Assembly (NCBI GenBank): GCA_032718475.1
Contig: JAUCBJ010009103.1
Span: 62,001-126,000 of the forward strand
DNA: 64,000 nucleotides
Direction of reading: 5' to 3'
From: Nemertoderma westbladi
Lineage: Eukaryota; Animalia; Xenacoelomorpha
How positions within the stretch are numbered: position 1 is the stretch's first letter; every line of letters starts with the position of its first letter. The notes under the pieces were generated by a model that had not been told where the DNA came from, searched no databases, and saw nothing but the letters and a program-made list of their open reading frames with translations. Shown here one piece after another: positions 1-13,900 of this stretch. A program made the position numbers and the translations under genes.

Positions 1-636
1 GGACCTTTTATATATAAGAGCTTTGTGTGACTTTCAGCTCCGTTTACTCCTTTCGCGATTATCGCGGAGGTAATTTTATTCATTTTCCTTTTTCTCGAGA
101 TCTGTAAATCCGATTGCCATGAAATTTTAGACCCTTATACAGAATTTCTATCTGTACAAGTGGAAATTCAAATATTGCAAATTTCAATGGCCATGGGAGT
201 TTCTTTCTTGGAATCAACATCAATCTATTGGTTTGGCTTCCAGAAAATATTGAAAAAAATAAAATTTGTCAAAAAAAAATAAAATAAAATAAAAATAAAA
301 TTCGACTTTAATAAGCAATACAATATGAGCAAAAGCAAAGCAATGGAAATAGAGTAGAGCAACCCCAAACCAGAAATAAAAAAATGTGTAAGAAAGATAA
401 ATTTGTGAAAAATATTATTTATTACATTGGAAAAAGTAGCGCCATTCGCGCGAGTTGTTAGTTATAATGGGAAGGAAGGATAGGGTTCTTTTTCCAATGT
501 AATAAAGACTTTATCATAATTTTATTCTTAAATTCTGCTCATCTCCTTGTCAAACTTGGTTAAATAATAAATAAATATTATAAAGAAATTACGGAGCCCC
601 TAAAGGGACATGAGAAAAAAATATATTTTTTTTCGC

Positions 637-1021
637 TAACTCGTGCGAACGACTTAGTATGTCGTGCGAACGACTTACTAAGTCGTGCGAACGACATACT
701 AAGTCGTGCGAACGACTTACTAAGTCGTGCGAACGACATACTAAGTCGTGCGAACGACTTAACTAACTCGTGCGAACGACTTAGTAAGTCGTTCGAACGA
801 CTTACTAAGTCGTGCGAACGACTTACTAAGTCGTGCGAACGACTTAACTAACTCGTGCGAACGACTTAGTAAGTCGTTCGAACGACTTACTAAGTCGTGC
901 GAACGACTTACTAAGTCGTGCGAACGACTTAACTAACTCGTGCGAACGACATACTAAGTCGTGCGAACGACTTAACTAACTCGTGCGAACGACTTAGTAA
1001 GTCGTTCGAACGACTTACTAA
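637..1021 (+). repeat. 21-22 bp subterminal tandem repeat (GTCGTGCGAACGACTTACTAA), left arm
   Basis: About 18 copies; inverted counterpart at about 1963-2370. Confidence 0.95.
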
Positions 1022-1254
1022 CTGTACTTTGATTGGCTAAATAATCTGGCAATAAAAGCAAAACATTTTTAGCGGGTTTTTCAATTCAATCTACAGCATT
1101 GTTGTTAATGGCATTATTGGTTGAAAATATTATTATCAATGGCTGAACGCGCTCTGTTAATATCGACGTACTTTAACTTAGGCCTATTAGGCATATTGTC
1201 AGTGTGATCTCTACGGATGAACTTCTGAAAGTCTCGAACGCCAACATTTTCTGT

Positions 1255-1400
1255 CAAAATCCCCACGAACAATCCGCGGATCACCCTTGTTCTCAGTTAT
1301 CGCTTCCAGGAAGTAGCCCCCGATAAATTTACTGTCATTGTTAGTGTTATACTCGTTCAACCAAATCATTTTCCGGGAATATCCATCATTGCACCCACTG
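1255..1400 (-). pseudogene. DDE integrase/transposase core remnant
   Basis: GCNDGYSRKMIWL..YNTNNDSKFIGGYFLEAITENKGDPRIVRGDF resembles the GCIDGYSR.I.WL....TNNDP..I..Y.L......G.P..VR.D motif of IS3-like animal transposases. Confidence 0.7.
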
Positions 1401-1962
1401 GTTTCATTAGGGATGTTACGCATTACTTATTCGAATTAATTTTATTAAGAACGAGCGTAAGCGACTGAGTGAAATATGAAACGAGAGCCTGAAAGTGAAA
1501 TACGGGTACGTACTTTATTTAAATCGAATATTGTGGTGGAGTCACAATATTGTACAATACTCTAAATAGTAGGACCTATCTCACCTCCCCGCAAAACCTG
1601 AGATTTCGACTACAGCTGTTCGATACAATAGTGAGATGGGAATGTTGCTTAGCAACACAGCAACAACACCTGACACTATTATTAGCTTATCTAACAGCGC
1701 TGACCGTAGATAATACTGCTATTTACTGAATAAGTTAAAGTAAAATTAATATGTTAAAGATATTATAATTTGCTACAATACAGTATGTCGGTTGTATTGT
1801 CGGCCTAAGTTAAAGTACGTCGATATTAACAGAGCGCGTTCAGCCATTGAAAATAATATTTTCAACCAATAATGCCATCAACAAATGCTGTAGATTGAAT
1901 TGAAAATCCCGCTAAAAAAGTTGTACTTTCATTACCAGTATTATTTAGCCAATCAAAGTAAA

Positions 1963-2370
1963 GTTAGTAAGTCGTTCGCACGAGTTAGTAAGTCGTTCGC
2001 ACGCGTTAGTTAAGTCGTTCGCACGACTTAGTAAGTCGTTCGCACGACTTACTAAGTCGTTCGCACGAGTTAGTTAAGTCGTTCGCACGACTTAGTAAGT
2101 CGTTCGCACGACTTACTAAGTCGTTCGCACGAGTTAGTTAAGTCGTTCGCACGACTTAGTATGTCGTTCGCACGACTTAGTAAGTCGTTCGCACGACTTA
2201 GTATGTCGTTCGCACGACTTAGTAAGTCGTTCGCACGACATAGTAAGTCGTTCGCACGAGTTAGTTAAGTCGTTCGCACGACTTAGTAAGTCGTTCGCAC
2301 GACCTAGTAAGTCGTTCGCACGACTTAGTAAGTCGTTCGCACGACATACTAAGTCGTTCGCACGAGTTAG
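1963..2370 (-). repeat. 21-22 bp subterminal tandem repeat, right arm
   Basis: Reverse complement of the left-arm unit (TTAGTAAGTCGTTCGCACGAC). Confidence 0.95.
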
Positions 2371-2844
2371 CGAAAAAAAAATACTTTTTTTTCTCATGTC
2401 CCTTTAGGGGCTCCGTAAGAAATAGTGTTACAAAGTAAATAGAACTGGAGTTTGCAATTTTGGAAAGATTAATAACACCACCATTATAATTATTGATTAT
2501 ATTTAATCTCCCCTCCCACCTCCATCTTATAGACCTATATATAAGCCTCTATAGCAGATAATGAATATTGTTAATTATCCCGATTTTGGGCGAGAATTGA
2601 GATAAAAGGTTGTCAATTTAAGAATAAAATTTATTTAAAAGCTACTAGTTGATCAACAACTTTAGAAGCGACGCCTACCTGCCTAATAAAATAATGATCA
2701 GACCTTAAAACCGCGTTGCATTTGAAATCTGCGAAAATAAATAACTTAAAATAAATAAAAAAAAAAAAAGCACACAATATAGGGAAAATCTTGAGGCGCA
2801 TAATTTAATACTTCAGAAACATAAATTAGAAATTGCGTACCACA

Positions 2845-2957
2845 ATCGAGAGATCCATGGCAACGCATTCGAGAGATCCATGGCAACGCATTCGAGAGAT
2901 CCATGGCAACACATTCGGGAGATCCATGGCAACACATTCGGGATAGCCATGGAAACA
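2845..2957. repeat. 23-bp tandem repeat (GAGATCCATGGCAACGCATTCGA) x ~5
   Basis: Directly visible; explains three spurious ORFs. Confidence 0.9.
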
Positions 2958-3142
2958 GAATTGAGAGCCGCATAGGAAAACATTTGAGAGCCCCACAACT
3001 TTTATGTCCATTAAGTATAACACGCTATGGGCGTAAAAACTACCTAAAACTTTTACTTAGAAATTCAATGGAATAGAAGGCAGTACGCTACATACCAGAT
3101 ACTTAGCGATGTTAACGTCATCTTATTATTATTTTAACTCAC

Positions 3143-3241
3143 ATTTTAACGGCGTCTGGAACTTGAACGTAATCCATGGGAACCAATTGGCCCAACTCGT
3201 AAAGTGTCCCAACATATTTCAACTTCCAGAAAAATTTCGCA
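3143..3241 (-). CDS. PRUNE2: PRUNE2-like BCH exon (AKFFWKLKYVGTLYELGQLVPMDYVQVPDAVK)
   Basis: catttttAG acceptor, GTGAGT donor, 99 nt, phase 2->2; resembles BNIP2 SKF..K..YV..L.EL..LVPMEYV.IP. Confidence 0.93.
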
Positions 3242-3667
3242 CTAAAAATGGAATTTAAATGAAAATACTGTACTCGTGTGAATTTTTGTATTGGAAACTA
3301 AAGTAATATAATTAATTAATTGTTCAATTACGGTATTTGTTATACGGGATTTGATATCCTTGTGTCGGTTGAATTTATTGAGTTTATTTATGATGTTTCT
3401 TCATACCCGTGGAACATGATGAAAAGCGGAAAAGGATTTATATTATTATTGTGTTTTTCTGTTAATCGCAATAAGTGGAAAATTCATCATTAATTATAAG
3501 TATTTGAGTAAACGGCTTGAATTAGATAATTCGAAAAAATGACAATTTGTATGCACCATCTTCATGATAATTCATACGCTCCATTGTGTCTGGCGTACCC
3601 ATACACCAGTGACTGCTTTTGTTAATATTTATTTTGTTGCCTAGCAACATTCTTTTTTCCACCATAT

Positions 3668-4144
3668 ACTAGAAAGCCAGCAAGCTGGCTTTAAACGAAC
3701 CTGCCCCACAAACCAGTACCCCGAGTGAGCGAAAATGAAAACACGAAATTGCCATCAACTCAACGATAGAAACACCAGCTGCTGGTACTCATGTGGGCCT
3801 AGTAAGCTACTACTATTGATTGAATGGATAGGCCAAACTACACAGAAGTATATTACTTGCCAAATTTATTACTCTCTCTCTTCTATCCCACAAAGTAATC
3901 AAACATCAACTGTAAGTTTGTATAATGTATTACCCCGACCAGCTGAATAGCTCTTCCCAGTGAATCCTATGGGCAATATCTATAAGGTTACTCACTGCTA
4001 CTCTAGGCCAGCTGATTGAATTGTAAGCACTGGGCCGTTCAAATGTTTTATAGGTTGATGATAATGAATGAGGAGGGACCCAACTAACACTACGTTTGTC
4101 TATATGGACGGTCTCCTTATAGCCAGCTGGCTGGCTTTTCTAGT
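3668..4144. mobile_element. Possible MITE
   Basis: Imperfect inverted ends ACTAGAAAGCCAGCAAGCTGGCT / AGCCAGCTGGCTGGCTTTTCTAGT; no clear TSD. Confidence 0.45.
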
Positions 4145-4904
4145 TGAATCATATTATTCTGCAACCAAATAATTTACTCTTTTAGACGAATTTGTGCGTT
4201 TTTTTTTGCCGGACTAACAAATTTTGGCGACGTTCTGTGCGAGATTGGCGATATTTGACAAGATTCTGAGGCTCAAATATGTTGCTCAAATGACTGAATA
4301 GCCCAAATAAAAAAGTTGGTGCATACTCGACGAGTTGAAATCGGTGAAATTCGACTTTAAATTTTCAAAACCGCTATTTTTCAGTGACCCCGTGATCCGA
4401 AACGCCACAAAAAATATACAGTCTTGTGTGCAACCAAAATTTATGTAGAGTTTGTTATTAAAATTTTTGCGTATCTGCTTGAGTTTTGAGATATTGGATG
4501 GTTATATATATATACACACACACACACAAACTCCCCCCCCCCCCCCCCCCCCACACACACACACAACCACATCGTGTTTTTGAACGGCTCAACTCTTGAT
4601 AAGAACCCTTGACAAGAACTCTTGACAATTAATAGGCAGGTTCGTTATTATGTTTGTTGATACTGCACTACATTATAATTTAGCATGACGCTAAAACATC
4701 ATGCCCCAGAAAATAGTCGTTGTTCAGGTACCCACCCCCCCCCCCCCCAAATTTTTCTACAAATCTTAAATGAGATTGCATGAAATTTGTAACAGAGATA
4801 GTTTCACCTCCCCCCCCCCCCCCCCTTACTGGGTGAGCCAGCATTTTTATTTTTGCTTTAATTCTTTAGCTACAAGCGTTTAAAAAAGGTGTCTCCGACG
4901 AAAT

Positions 4905-7900
4905 CCTCACTCGCTACTAGATCTCCCTCACTCGCTACCCCAACCCAACACTAACGTCACTCAATCTCCCTCACTCGCTACCCCAACCCAACACTAACGT
5001 CACTCAATCTCCCTCACTCGCTACCCAAACCCAACACTAACGCCACTCAATCTCCCTCACTCGCTACCCCAACTCCAACACTAACGTCACTCAATCTCCC
5101 TCACTCGCTACCCCAACCCAACACTAACGCCACTCAATCTCCCTCACTCGCTACCCCAACCCAACACTAACGCCACTCAATCTCCCTCAAACGCTACCCA
5201 AATCCAACACTAACGCCACTCAATCTCCCTCACTCGTTACCCAAACCCAACACTAACGCCACTCAATCTCCCTCACTCGCAACCCAAACCCAACACAAAC
5301 GCCACTCAATCTCCCTCACTCACTACCCCAACCCAACATTAACGTCACTCAATCTCCCTCACTCGCTACCCTAACCCAACACTAACGCTACGCAATCTCC
5401 CTCGCTCGCTACCCCAACCCAACACTAACGCCACTCAATCTCCCTCAAACGCTACCCCAACCCAACACTAATGCCACTCAATCTCCCTCAAACGCTACCC
5501 CAACCCAACACTAATGCCACTCAATCTCCCTCAAACGCTACCCCAACCCAACACTAATGCCACTCAATCTCCCTCAAACGCTACCCCAACCAAACACTAA
5601 TGCCACTCAATCTCCCTCAAACGCTACCCCAACCCAACACTAACGCCACTCAATCTCCCTCAAACGCTACCCAAACCCAACACTAACGCCACTCAATCTC
5701 CCTCACTCGCTACCCCAACCCAACACTAACGTCACTCAATCTCCCTCACTCGCTACCCCAACCAAACACTAACGCCACTCAATCTCCCTCAAACGCTACC
5801 CAAACCCAACACTAACGCCACTCAATCTCCCTCACTCGCTACCCCAACCCAACACTAACGTCACTCAATCTCCCTCACTCGCTACCCCAACCAAACACTA
5901 ACGCCACTCAATCTCCCTCAAACGCTACCCAAACCCAACACTAACGCCACTCAATCTCCCTCACTCGCTACCCCAACCCAACACTAACGTCACTCAATCT
6001 CCCTCACTCGCTACCCCTACCAAACACTAACGCCACTCAATCTCCCTCAAACGCTACCCAAACCCAACACTAACGCCACTCAATCTCCCTCACTCGCTAC
6101 CCCAACCCAACACTAACGTCACTCAATCTCCCTCACTCGCTACCCCAACCAAACACTAACGTCACTCAATCTCCCTCAAACGCTACCCAAACCCAACACT
6201 AACGCCACTCAATCTCCCTCACTCGCTACCCCAACCCAACACTAACGTCACTCAATCTCCCTCACTCGCTACCCCAACCAAACACTAACGCCACTCAATC
6301 TCCCTCAAACGCTACCCAAACCCAACACTAACGCCACTCAATCTCCCTCACTCGCTACCCCAACCCAACACTAACGTCACTCAATCTCCCTCACTCGCTA
6401 CCCCAACCAAACACTAATGCCACTCAATCTCCCTCAAACGCTACCCCAACCCAACACTAATGCCACTCAATCTCCCTCAAACGCTACCCAAACCCAACAC
6501 TAACGCCACTCAATCTCCCTCACTCGCTACCCCAACCCAACACTAACGTCACTCAATCTCCCTCACTCGCTACCCCAACCAAACACTAACGCCACTCAAT
6601 CTCCCTCAAACGCTACCCCAACCAAACACTAATGCCACTCAATCTCCCTCAAACGCTACCCCAACCCAACACTAATGCCACTCAATCTCCCTCAAACGCT
6701 ACCCCAACCCAACACTAACGCCACTCAATCTCCCTCACTCGCTACCCCAACCCAACACTAACGTCACTCAATCTCCCTCACTCGCTACCCCAACCAAACA
6801 CTAACGCCACTCAATCTCCCTCAAACGCTACCCCAACCAAACACTAATGCCACTCAATCTCCCTCAAACGCTACCCCAACCCAACACTAATGCCACTCAA
6901 TCTCCCTCAAACGCTGCCCAAACCCAACACAAACGCCACTCAATCTCCATCACTCGCTACCCAAACCCAACACTAACGTCACTCAATCTCCCTCACTCGC
7001 TACCCCAACCTACCACTAACGTCACTCAATCTCCCTCACTCGCTACCCAAACCCAACACTAACGTCACTCAATCTCCCTCACTCGCTACCCCAACCTACC
7101 ACTAACGTCACTCAATCTCCCTCACTCGCCACCCAAAATCCAACACTAACGTCACTCAATCTCCCTCACTCGCTACCCCAACTCAACACTAACGTCACTC
7201 AATCTCCCTCACTCGCTACCCCAACCTACCACTAACGTCACTCAATCTCCCTCACTCGCTACCCAAAATCCAACACTAACGTCACTCAATCTCCCTCACT
7301 CGCCACCCAAAATCCAACACTAACGTCACTCAATCTCCCTCACTCGCTACCCCAACCCAACACTAACGTCACTCAATCTCCCTCACTCGCTACCCCAACC
7401 CAACACTAACGTCACTCAATCTCCCTCACTCGCTACCCCAACCTACCACTAACGTCACTCAATCTCCCTCACTCGCTACCCAAAATCCAACACTAACGTC
7501 ACTCAATCTCCCTCACTCGCCACCCAAAATCCAACACTAACGTCACTCAATCTCCCTCACTCGCCACCCAAAATCCAACACTAACGTCACTCAATCTCCC
7601 TCACTCGCTACCCCAACCCAACACTAACGTCACTCAATCTCCCTCACTCGCTACCCCAACCAAACACTAACGCCACTCAATCTCCCTCAAACGCTACCCA
7701 AACCCAACACTAACGCCACTCAATCTCCCTCACTCGCTACCCCAACCCAACACTAACGTCACTCAATCTCCCTCACTCGCTACCCCAACCAAACACTAAT
7801 GCCACTCAATCTCCCTCAAACGCTACCCCAACCCAACACTAATGCCACTCAATCTCCCTCAAACGCTACCCAAACCCAACACTAACGCCACTCAATCTCC

Positions 7901-10900
7901 CTCACTCGCTACCCCAACCCAACACTAACGTCACTCAATCTCCCTCACTCGCTACCCCAACCAAACACTAACGCCACTCAATCTCCCTCAAACGCTACCC
8001 CAACCAAACACTAATGCCACTCAATCTCCCTCAAACGCTACCCCAACCCAACACTAATGCCACTCAATCTCCCTCAAACGCTACCCCAACCCAACACTAA
8101 CGCCACTCAATCTCCCTCACTCGCTACCCCAACCCAACACTAACGTCACTCAATCTCCCTCACTCGCTACCCCAACCAAACACTAACGCCACTCAATCTC
8201 CCTCAAACGCTACCCCAACCAAACACTAATGCCACTCAATCTCCCTCAAACGCTACCCCAACCCAACACTAATGCCACTCAATCTCCCTCAAACGCTGCC
8301 CAAACCCAACACAAACGCCACTCAATCTCCATCACTCGCTACCCAAACCCAACACTAACGTCACTCAATCTCCCTCACTCGCTACCCCAACCTACCACTA
8401 ACGTCACTCAATCTCCCTCACTCGCTACCCAAACCCAACACTAACGTCACTCAATCTCCCTCACTCGCTACCCCAACCTACCACTAACGTCACTCAATCT
8501 CCCTCACTCGCCACCCAAAATCCAACACTAACGTCACTCAATCTCCCTCACTCGCTACCCCAACTCAACACTAACGTCACTCAATCTCCCTCACTCGCTA
8601 CCCCAACCTACCACTAACGTCACTCAATCTCCCTCACTCGCTACCCAAAATCCAACACTAACGTCACTCAATCTCCCTCACTCGCCACCCAAAATCCAAC
8701 ACTAACGTCACTCAATCTCCCTCACTCGCTACCCCAACCCAACACTAACGTCACTCAATCTCCCTCACTCGCTACCCCAACCCAACACTAACGTCACTCA
8801 ATCTCCCTCACTCGCTACCCCAACCTACCACTAACGTCACTCAATCTCCCTCACTCGCTACCCAAAATCCAACACTAACGTCACTCAATCTCCCTCACTC
8901 GCCACCCAAAATCCAACACTAACGTCACTCAATCTCCCTCACTCGCCACCCAAAATCCAACACTAACGTCACTCAATCTCCCTCACTCGCTACCCCAACC
9001 CAACACTAACGTCACTCAATCTCCCTCACTCGCTACCCCAACCTACCACTAACGTCACTCAATCTCCCTCACTCGCTACCCAAACCCAACACTAACGCCA
9101 CTCAATCTCCCTCACTCGCTACCCCAACCTACCACTAACGTCACTCAATCTCCCTCACTCGCTACCCAAAATCCAACACTAACGTCACTCAATCTCCCTC
9201 ACTCGCCACCCAAAATCCAACACTAACGTCACTCAATCTCCCTCACTCGCCACCCAAAATCCAACACTAACGTCACTCAATCTCCCTCACTCGCTACCCC
9301 AACCCAACACTAACGTCACTCAATCTCCCTCACTCGCTACCCCAACCTACCACTAACGTCACTCAATCTCCCTCACTCGCTACCCAAACCCAACACTAAC
9401 GCCACTCAATCTCCCTCACTCGCTACCCCAACCCAACACTAACGTCACTCAATCTCCCTCACTCGCTACCCCAACCCAACACTAACGTCACTCAATCTCC
9501 CTCACTCGCTACCCCAACCTACCACTAACGTCACTCAATCTCCCTCACTCGCTACCCAAAATCCAACACTAACGTCACTCAATCTCCCTCACTCGCCACC
9601 CAAAATCCAACACTAACGTCACTCAATCTCCCTCACTCGCCACCCAAAATCCAACACTAACGTCACTCAATCTCCCTCACTCGCTACCCCAACCCAACAC
9701 TAACGTCACTCAATCTCCCTCACTCGCTACCCCAACCTACCACTAACGTCACTCAATCTCCCTCACTCGCTACCCAAACCCAACACTAACGCCACTCAAT
9801 CTCCCTCACTCGCTACCCCAACTTACCACTAATGCCACTCAATCTCCCTCACTCACTACCCCAACCCAACACTAATGCCACTCAATCTCCATCACTCGCT
9901 ACCCAAACCCAACACTAACGCCACTCAATCTCCCTCAAACGCTACCCAAACCCAACACTAACGCCACTCAATCTCCCTCACTCGCTACCCAAACCCAACA
10001 CTAACGCCACTCAATCTCCCTCACTCGCTACCCAAACCCAACACTAACGCCACTCAATCTCCCTCACTCACTACCCCAACCCAACACTAACGCCACTCAA
10101 TCTCCCTCACTCGCTACCCCAACCCAACACTAACGCCACTCAATCTCCCTCACTCGCTACCCCAACCCAACACTAACGCCACTCAATCTCCCTCACACGC
10201 TACCCCAACCCAACACTAATGCCACTCAATCTCCCTCAAACGCTACCCCAACCCAACACTAATGCCACTCAATCTCCCTCACTCGCTACCCCAACCCAAC
10301 ACTAATGCCACTCAATCTCCCTCAAACGCTACCCCAACCCAACACTAACGCCACTCAATCTCCCTCACTCGCTACCCCAACCCAACACTAACGCCACTCA
10401 ATCTCCCTCACTCGCTACCCAAACCCAACACTAACGCCACTCAATCTCCCTCACTCGCTACCCCAACCCAACACTAACGTCACTCAATCTCCCTCACTCG
10501 CTACCCCAACCCAACACTAACGCCACTCAATCTCCCTCAAACGCTACCCAAACCCAACACTAACGCCACTCAATCTCCCTCACTCGCTACCCCAACCCAA
10601 CACTAACGTCACTCAATCTCCCTCACTCGCTACCCCAACCAAACACTAACGCCACTCAATCTCCCTCAAACGCTACCCAAACCCAACACTAACGCCACTC
10701 AATCTCCCTCACTCGCTACCCCAACCCAACACTAACGTCACTCAATCTCCCTCACTCGCTACCCCTACCAAACACTAACGCCACTCAATCTCCCTCAAAC
10801 GCTACCCAAACCCAACACTAACGCCACTCAATCTCCCTCACTCGCTACCCCAACCCAACACTAACGTCACTCAATCTCCCTCACTCGCTACCCCAACCAA

Positions 10901-13900
10901 ACACTAACGTCACTCAATCTCCCTCAAACGCTACCCAAACCCAACACTAACGCCACTCAATCTCCCTCACTCGCTACCCCAACCCAACACTAACGTCACT
11001 CAATCTCCCTCACTCGCTACCCCAACCAAACACTAACGCCACTCAATCTCCCTCAAACGCTACCCAAACCCAACACTAACGCCACTCAATCTCCCTCACT
11101 CGCTACCCCAACCCAACACTAACGTCACTCAATCTCCCTCACTCGCTACCCCAACCAAACACTAATGCCACTCAATCTCCCTCAAACGCTACCCCAACCC
11201 AACACTAATGCCACTCAATCTCCCTCAAACGCTACCCAAACCCAACACTAACGCCACTCAATCTCCCTCACTCGCTACCCCAACCCAACACTAACGTCAC
11301 TCAATCTCCCTCACTCGCTACCCCAACCAAACACTAACGCCACTCAATCTCCCTCAAACGCTACCCCAACCAAACACTAATGCCACTCAATCTCCCTCAA
11401 ACGCTACCCCAACCCAACACTAATGCCACTCAATCTCCCTCAAACGCTACCCCAACCCAACACTAACGCCACTCAATCTCCCTCACTCGCTACCCCAACC
11501 CAACACTAACGTCACTCAATCTCCCTCACTCGCTACCCCAACCAAACACTAACGCCACTCAATCTCCCTCAAACGCTACCCCAACCAAACACTAATGCCA
11601 CTCAATCTCCCTCAAACGCTACCCCAACCCAACACTAATGCCACTCAATCTCCCTCAAACGCTGCCCAAACCCAACACAAACGCCACTCAATCTCCATCA
11701 CTCGCTACCCAAACCCAACACTAACGTCACTCAATCTCCCTCACTCGCTACCCCAACCTACCACTAACGTCACTCAATCTCCCTCACTCGCTACCCAAAC
11801 CCAACACTAACGTCACTCAATCTCCCTCACTCGCTACCCCAACCTACCACTAACGTCACTCAATCTCCCTCACTCGCCACCCAAAATCCAACACTAACGT
11901 CACTCAATCTCCCTCACTCGCTACCCCAAACCAACACTAACGTCACTCAATCTCCCTCACTCGCTACCCCAACCCAACACTAACGTCACTCAATCTCCCT
12001 CACTCGCTACCCCAACCAACACTAACGTCACTCAATCTCCCTCACTCGCTACCCAAACCCAACACTAACGCCACTCAATCTCCCTCACTCGCTACCCCNN
12101 NNNNNNNNNNNNNNNNNNNNNNNNNNNNNNNNNNNNNNNNNNNNNNNNNNNNNNNNNNNNNNNNNNNNNNNNNNNNNNNNNNNNNNNNNNNNNNNNNNCT
12201 ACCCAAACCCAACACTAATGCCACTCAATCTCCCTCACTCGCTACCCCAACCCAACACTAATGCCACTCAATCTCCCTCACTCGCTACCCCAACCTACCA
12301 CTAATGCCACTCAATCTCCCTCACTCACTACCCCAACCCAACACTAATGCCACTCAATCTCCCTCACTCGCTACCCAAACCCAACACTAATGCCACTCAA
12401 TCTCCCTCATTCGCTACCCAAACCCAACACTAATGCCACTCAATCTCCCTCACTCGCTACCCCAACCCAACACTAATGCCACTCAATCTCCCTCACTCGC
12501 TACCCAAACCCAACACTAACGTCACTCAATCTCCCTCACTCGCTACCCAAACCCAACACTAATGCCACTCAATCTCCCTCACTCGCTACCCCAACCCAAC
12601 ACTAATGCCACTCAATCTCCCTCACTCGCTACCCCAACCCAACACTAATGCCACTCAATCTCCCTCACTCGCTACCCCAACCCAACACTAACGCCACTCA
12701 ATCTCCCTCACTCGCTACCCAAACCCAACACTAACGCCACTCAATCTCCCTCACTCGCTACCCCAACCCAACACTAATGCCACTCAATCTCCCTCACTCG
12801 CTACCCCAACCTAACACTAACGCCACTCAATCTCCCTCACTCGCTACCCCAACCCAACACTAATGCCACTCAATCTCCCTCACTCGCTACCCAAACCCAA
12901 CACTAACGCCACTCAATCTCCCTCACTCGCTACCCAAACCAACACTAACGCCACTCAATCTCCCTCACTCGCTACCCCAACCCAACACTAACGCCACTCA
13001 ATCTCCCTCACTCGCTACCCCAACCCAACACTAATGCCACTCAATCTCCCTCACTCGCTACCCCAACCCAACACTAACGCCACTCAATCTCCCTCACTCG
13101 CTACCCCAACCCAACACTAACGCCACTCAATCTCCCTCACTCGCTACCCCAACCCAACACTAACGTCACTCAATCTCCCTCACTCGCTACCCAAACCCAA
13201 CACTAACGCCACTCAATCTCCCTCACTCGCTACCCCAACCCAACACTAACGCCACTCAATCTCCCTCACTCGCTACCCAAACCCAACACTAACGTCACTC
13301 AATCTCCCTCACTCGCTACCCCAACCCAACACTAACGTCACTCAATCTCCCTCACTCGCTACCCCAACCAAACACTAACGCCACTCAATCTCCCTCACTC
13401 GCTACCCCAACCAACACTAATGCCACTCAATCTCCCTCACTCGCTACCCCAAACCCAACACTAACGCCACTCAATCTCCCTCACTCGCTACCCCAACCCA
13501 ACACTAACGCCACTCAATCTCCCTCACTCGCTACCCCAACCCAACACTAACGTCACTCAATCTCCCTCACTCGCTACCCCAACCCAACACTAACGCCACT
13601 CAATCTCCCTCACTCGCTACCCCAACCCAACACTAACGTCACTCAATCTCCCTCACTCGCTACCCCAACCCAACACTAACGTCACTCAATCTCCCTCAAA
13701 CGCTACCCCAACCCAACACTAACGCCACTCAATCTCCCTCACTCGCTACCCCAACCCAACACTAACGCCACTCAATCTCCCTCACTCGCTACCCCAACCC
13801 AACACTAATGCCACTCAATCTCCCTCAAACGCTACCCCAACCCAACACTAACGCCACTCAATCTCCCTCAAACGCTACCCCAACCCAACACTAACGCCAC

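Larger units (their letters stand above)
590..2417. mobile_element. Non-autonomous IS3EU-like DNA transposon with ~600-bp TIRs
   Basis: Termini TACGGAGCCCCTAAAGGGACATG / CATGTCCCTTTAGGGGCTCCGTA, 6-bp TSD AGAAAT (584-589, 2418-2423), inverted arms about 590-1185 and 1802-2417, internal integrase-core remnant. TAY..RTA termini with a 6-bp TSD match what I recall for IS3EU. Confidence 0.8.

Noticed and set aside
1-465. Possible non-autonomous Helitron-like fragment (similar hints at 4180-4530, 29390-29820, 31400-31900)
   Set aside because: Only vague terminal motifs and microsatellite cores; family and boundaries cannot be supported
2430-2560. Candidate terminal exon after a tatatAG acceptor
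   Set aside because: Poor pyrimidine tract, no recognisable homology, runs into the transposon; cannot be supported
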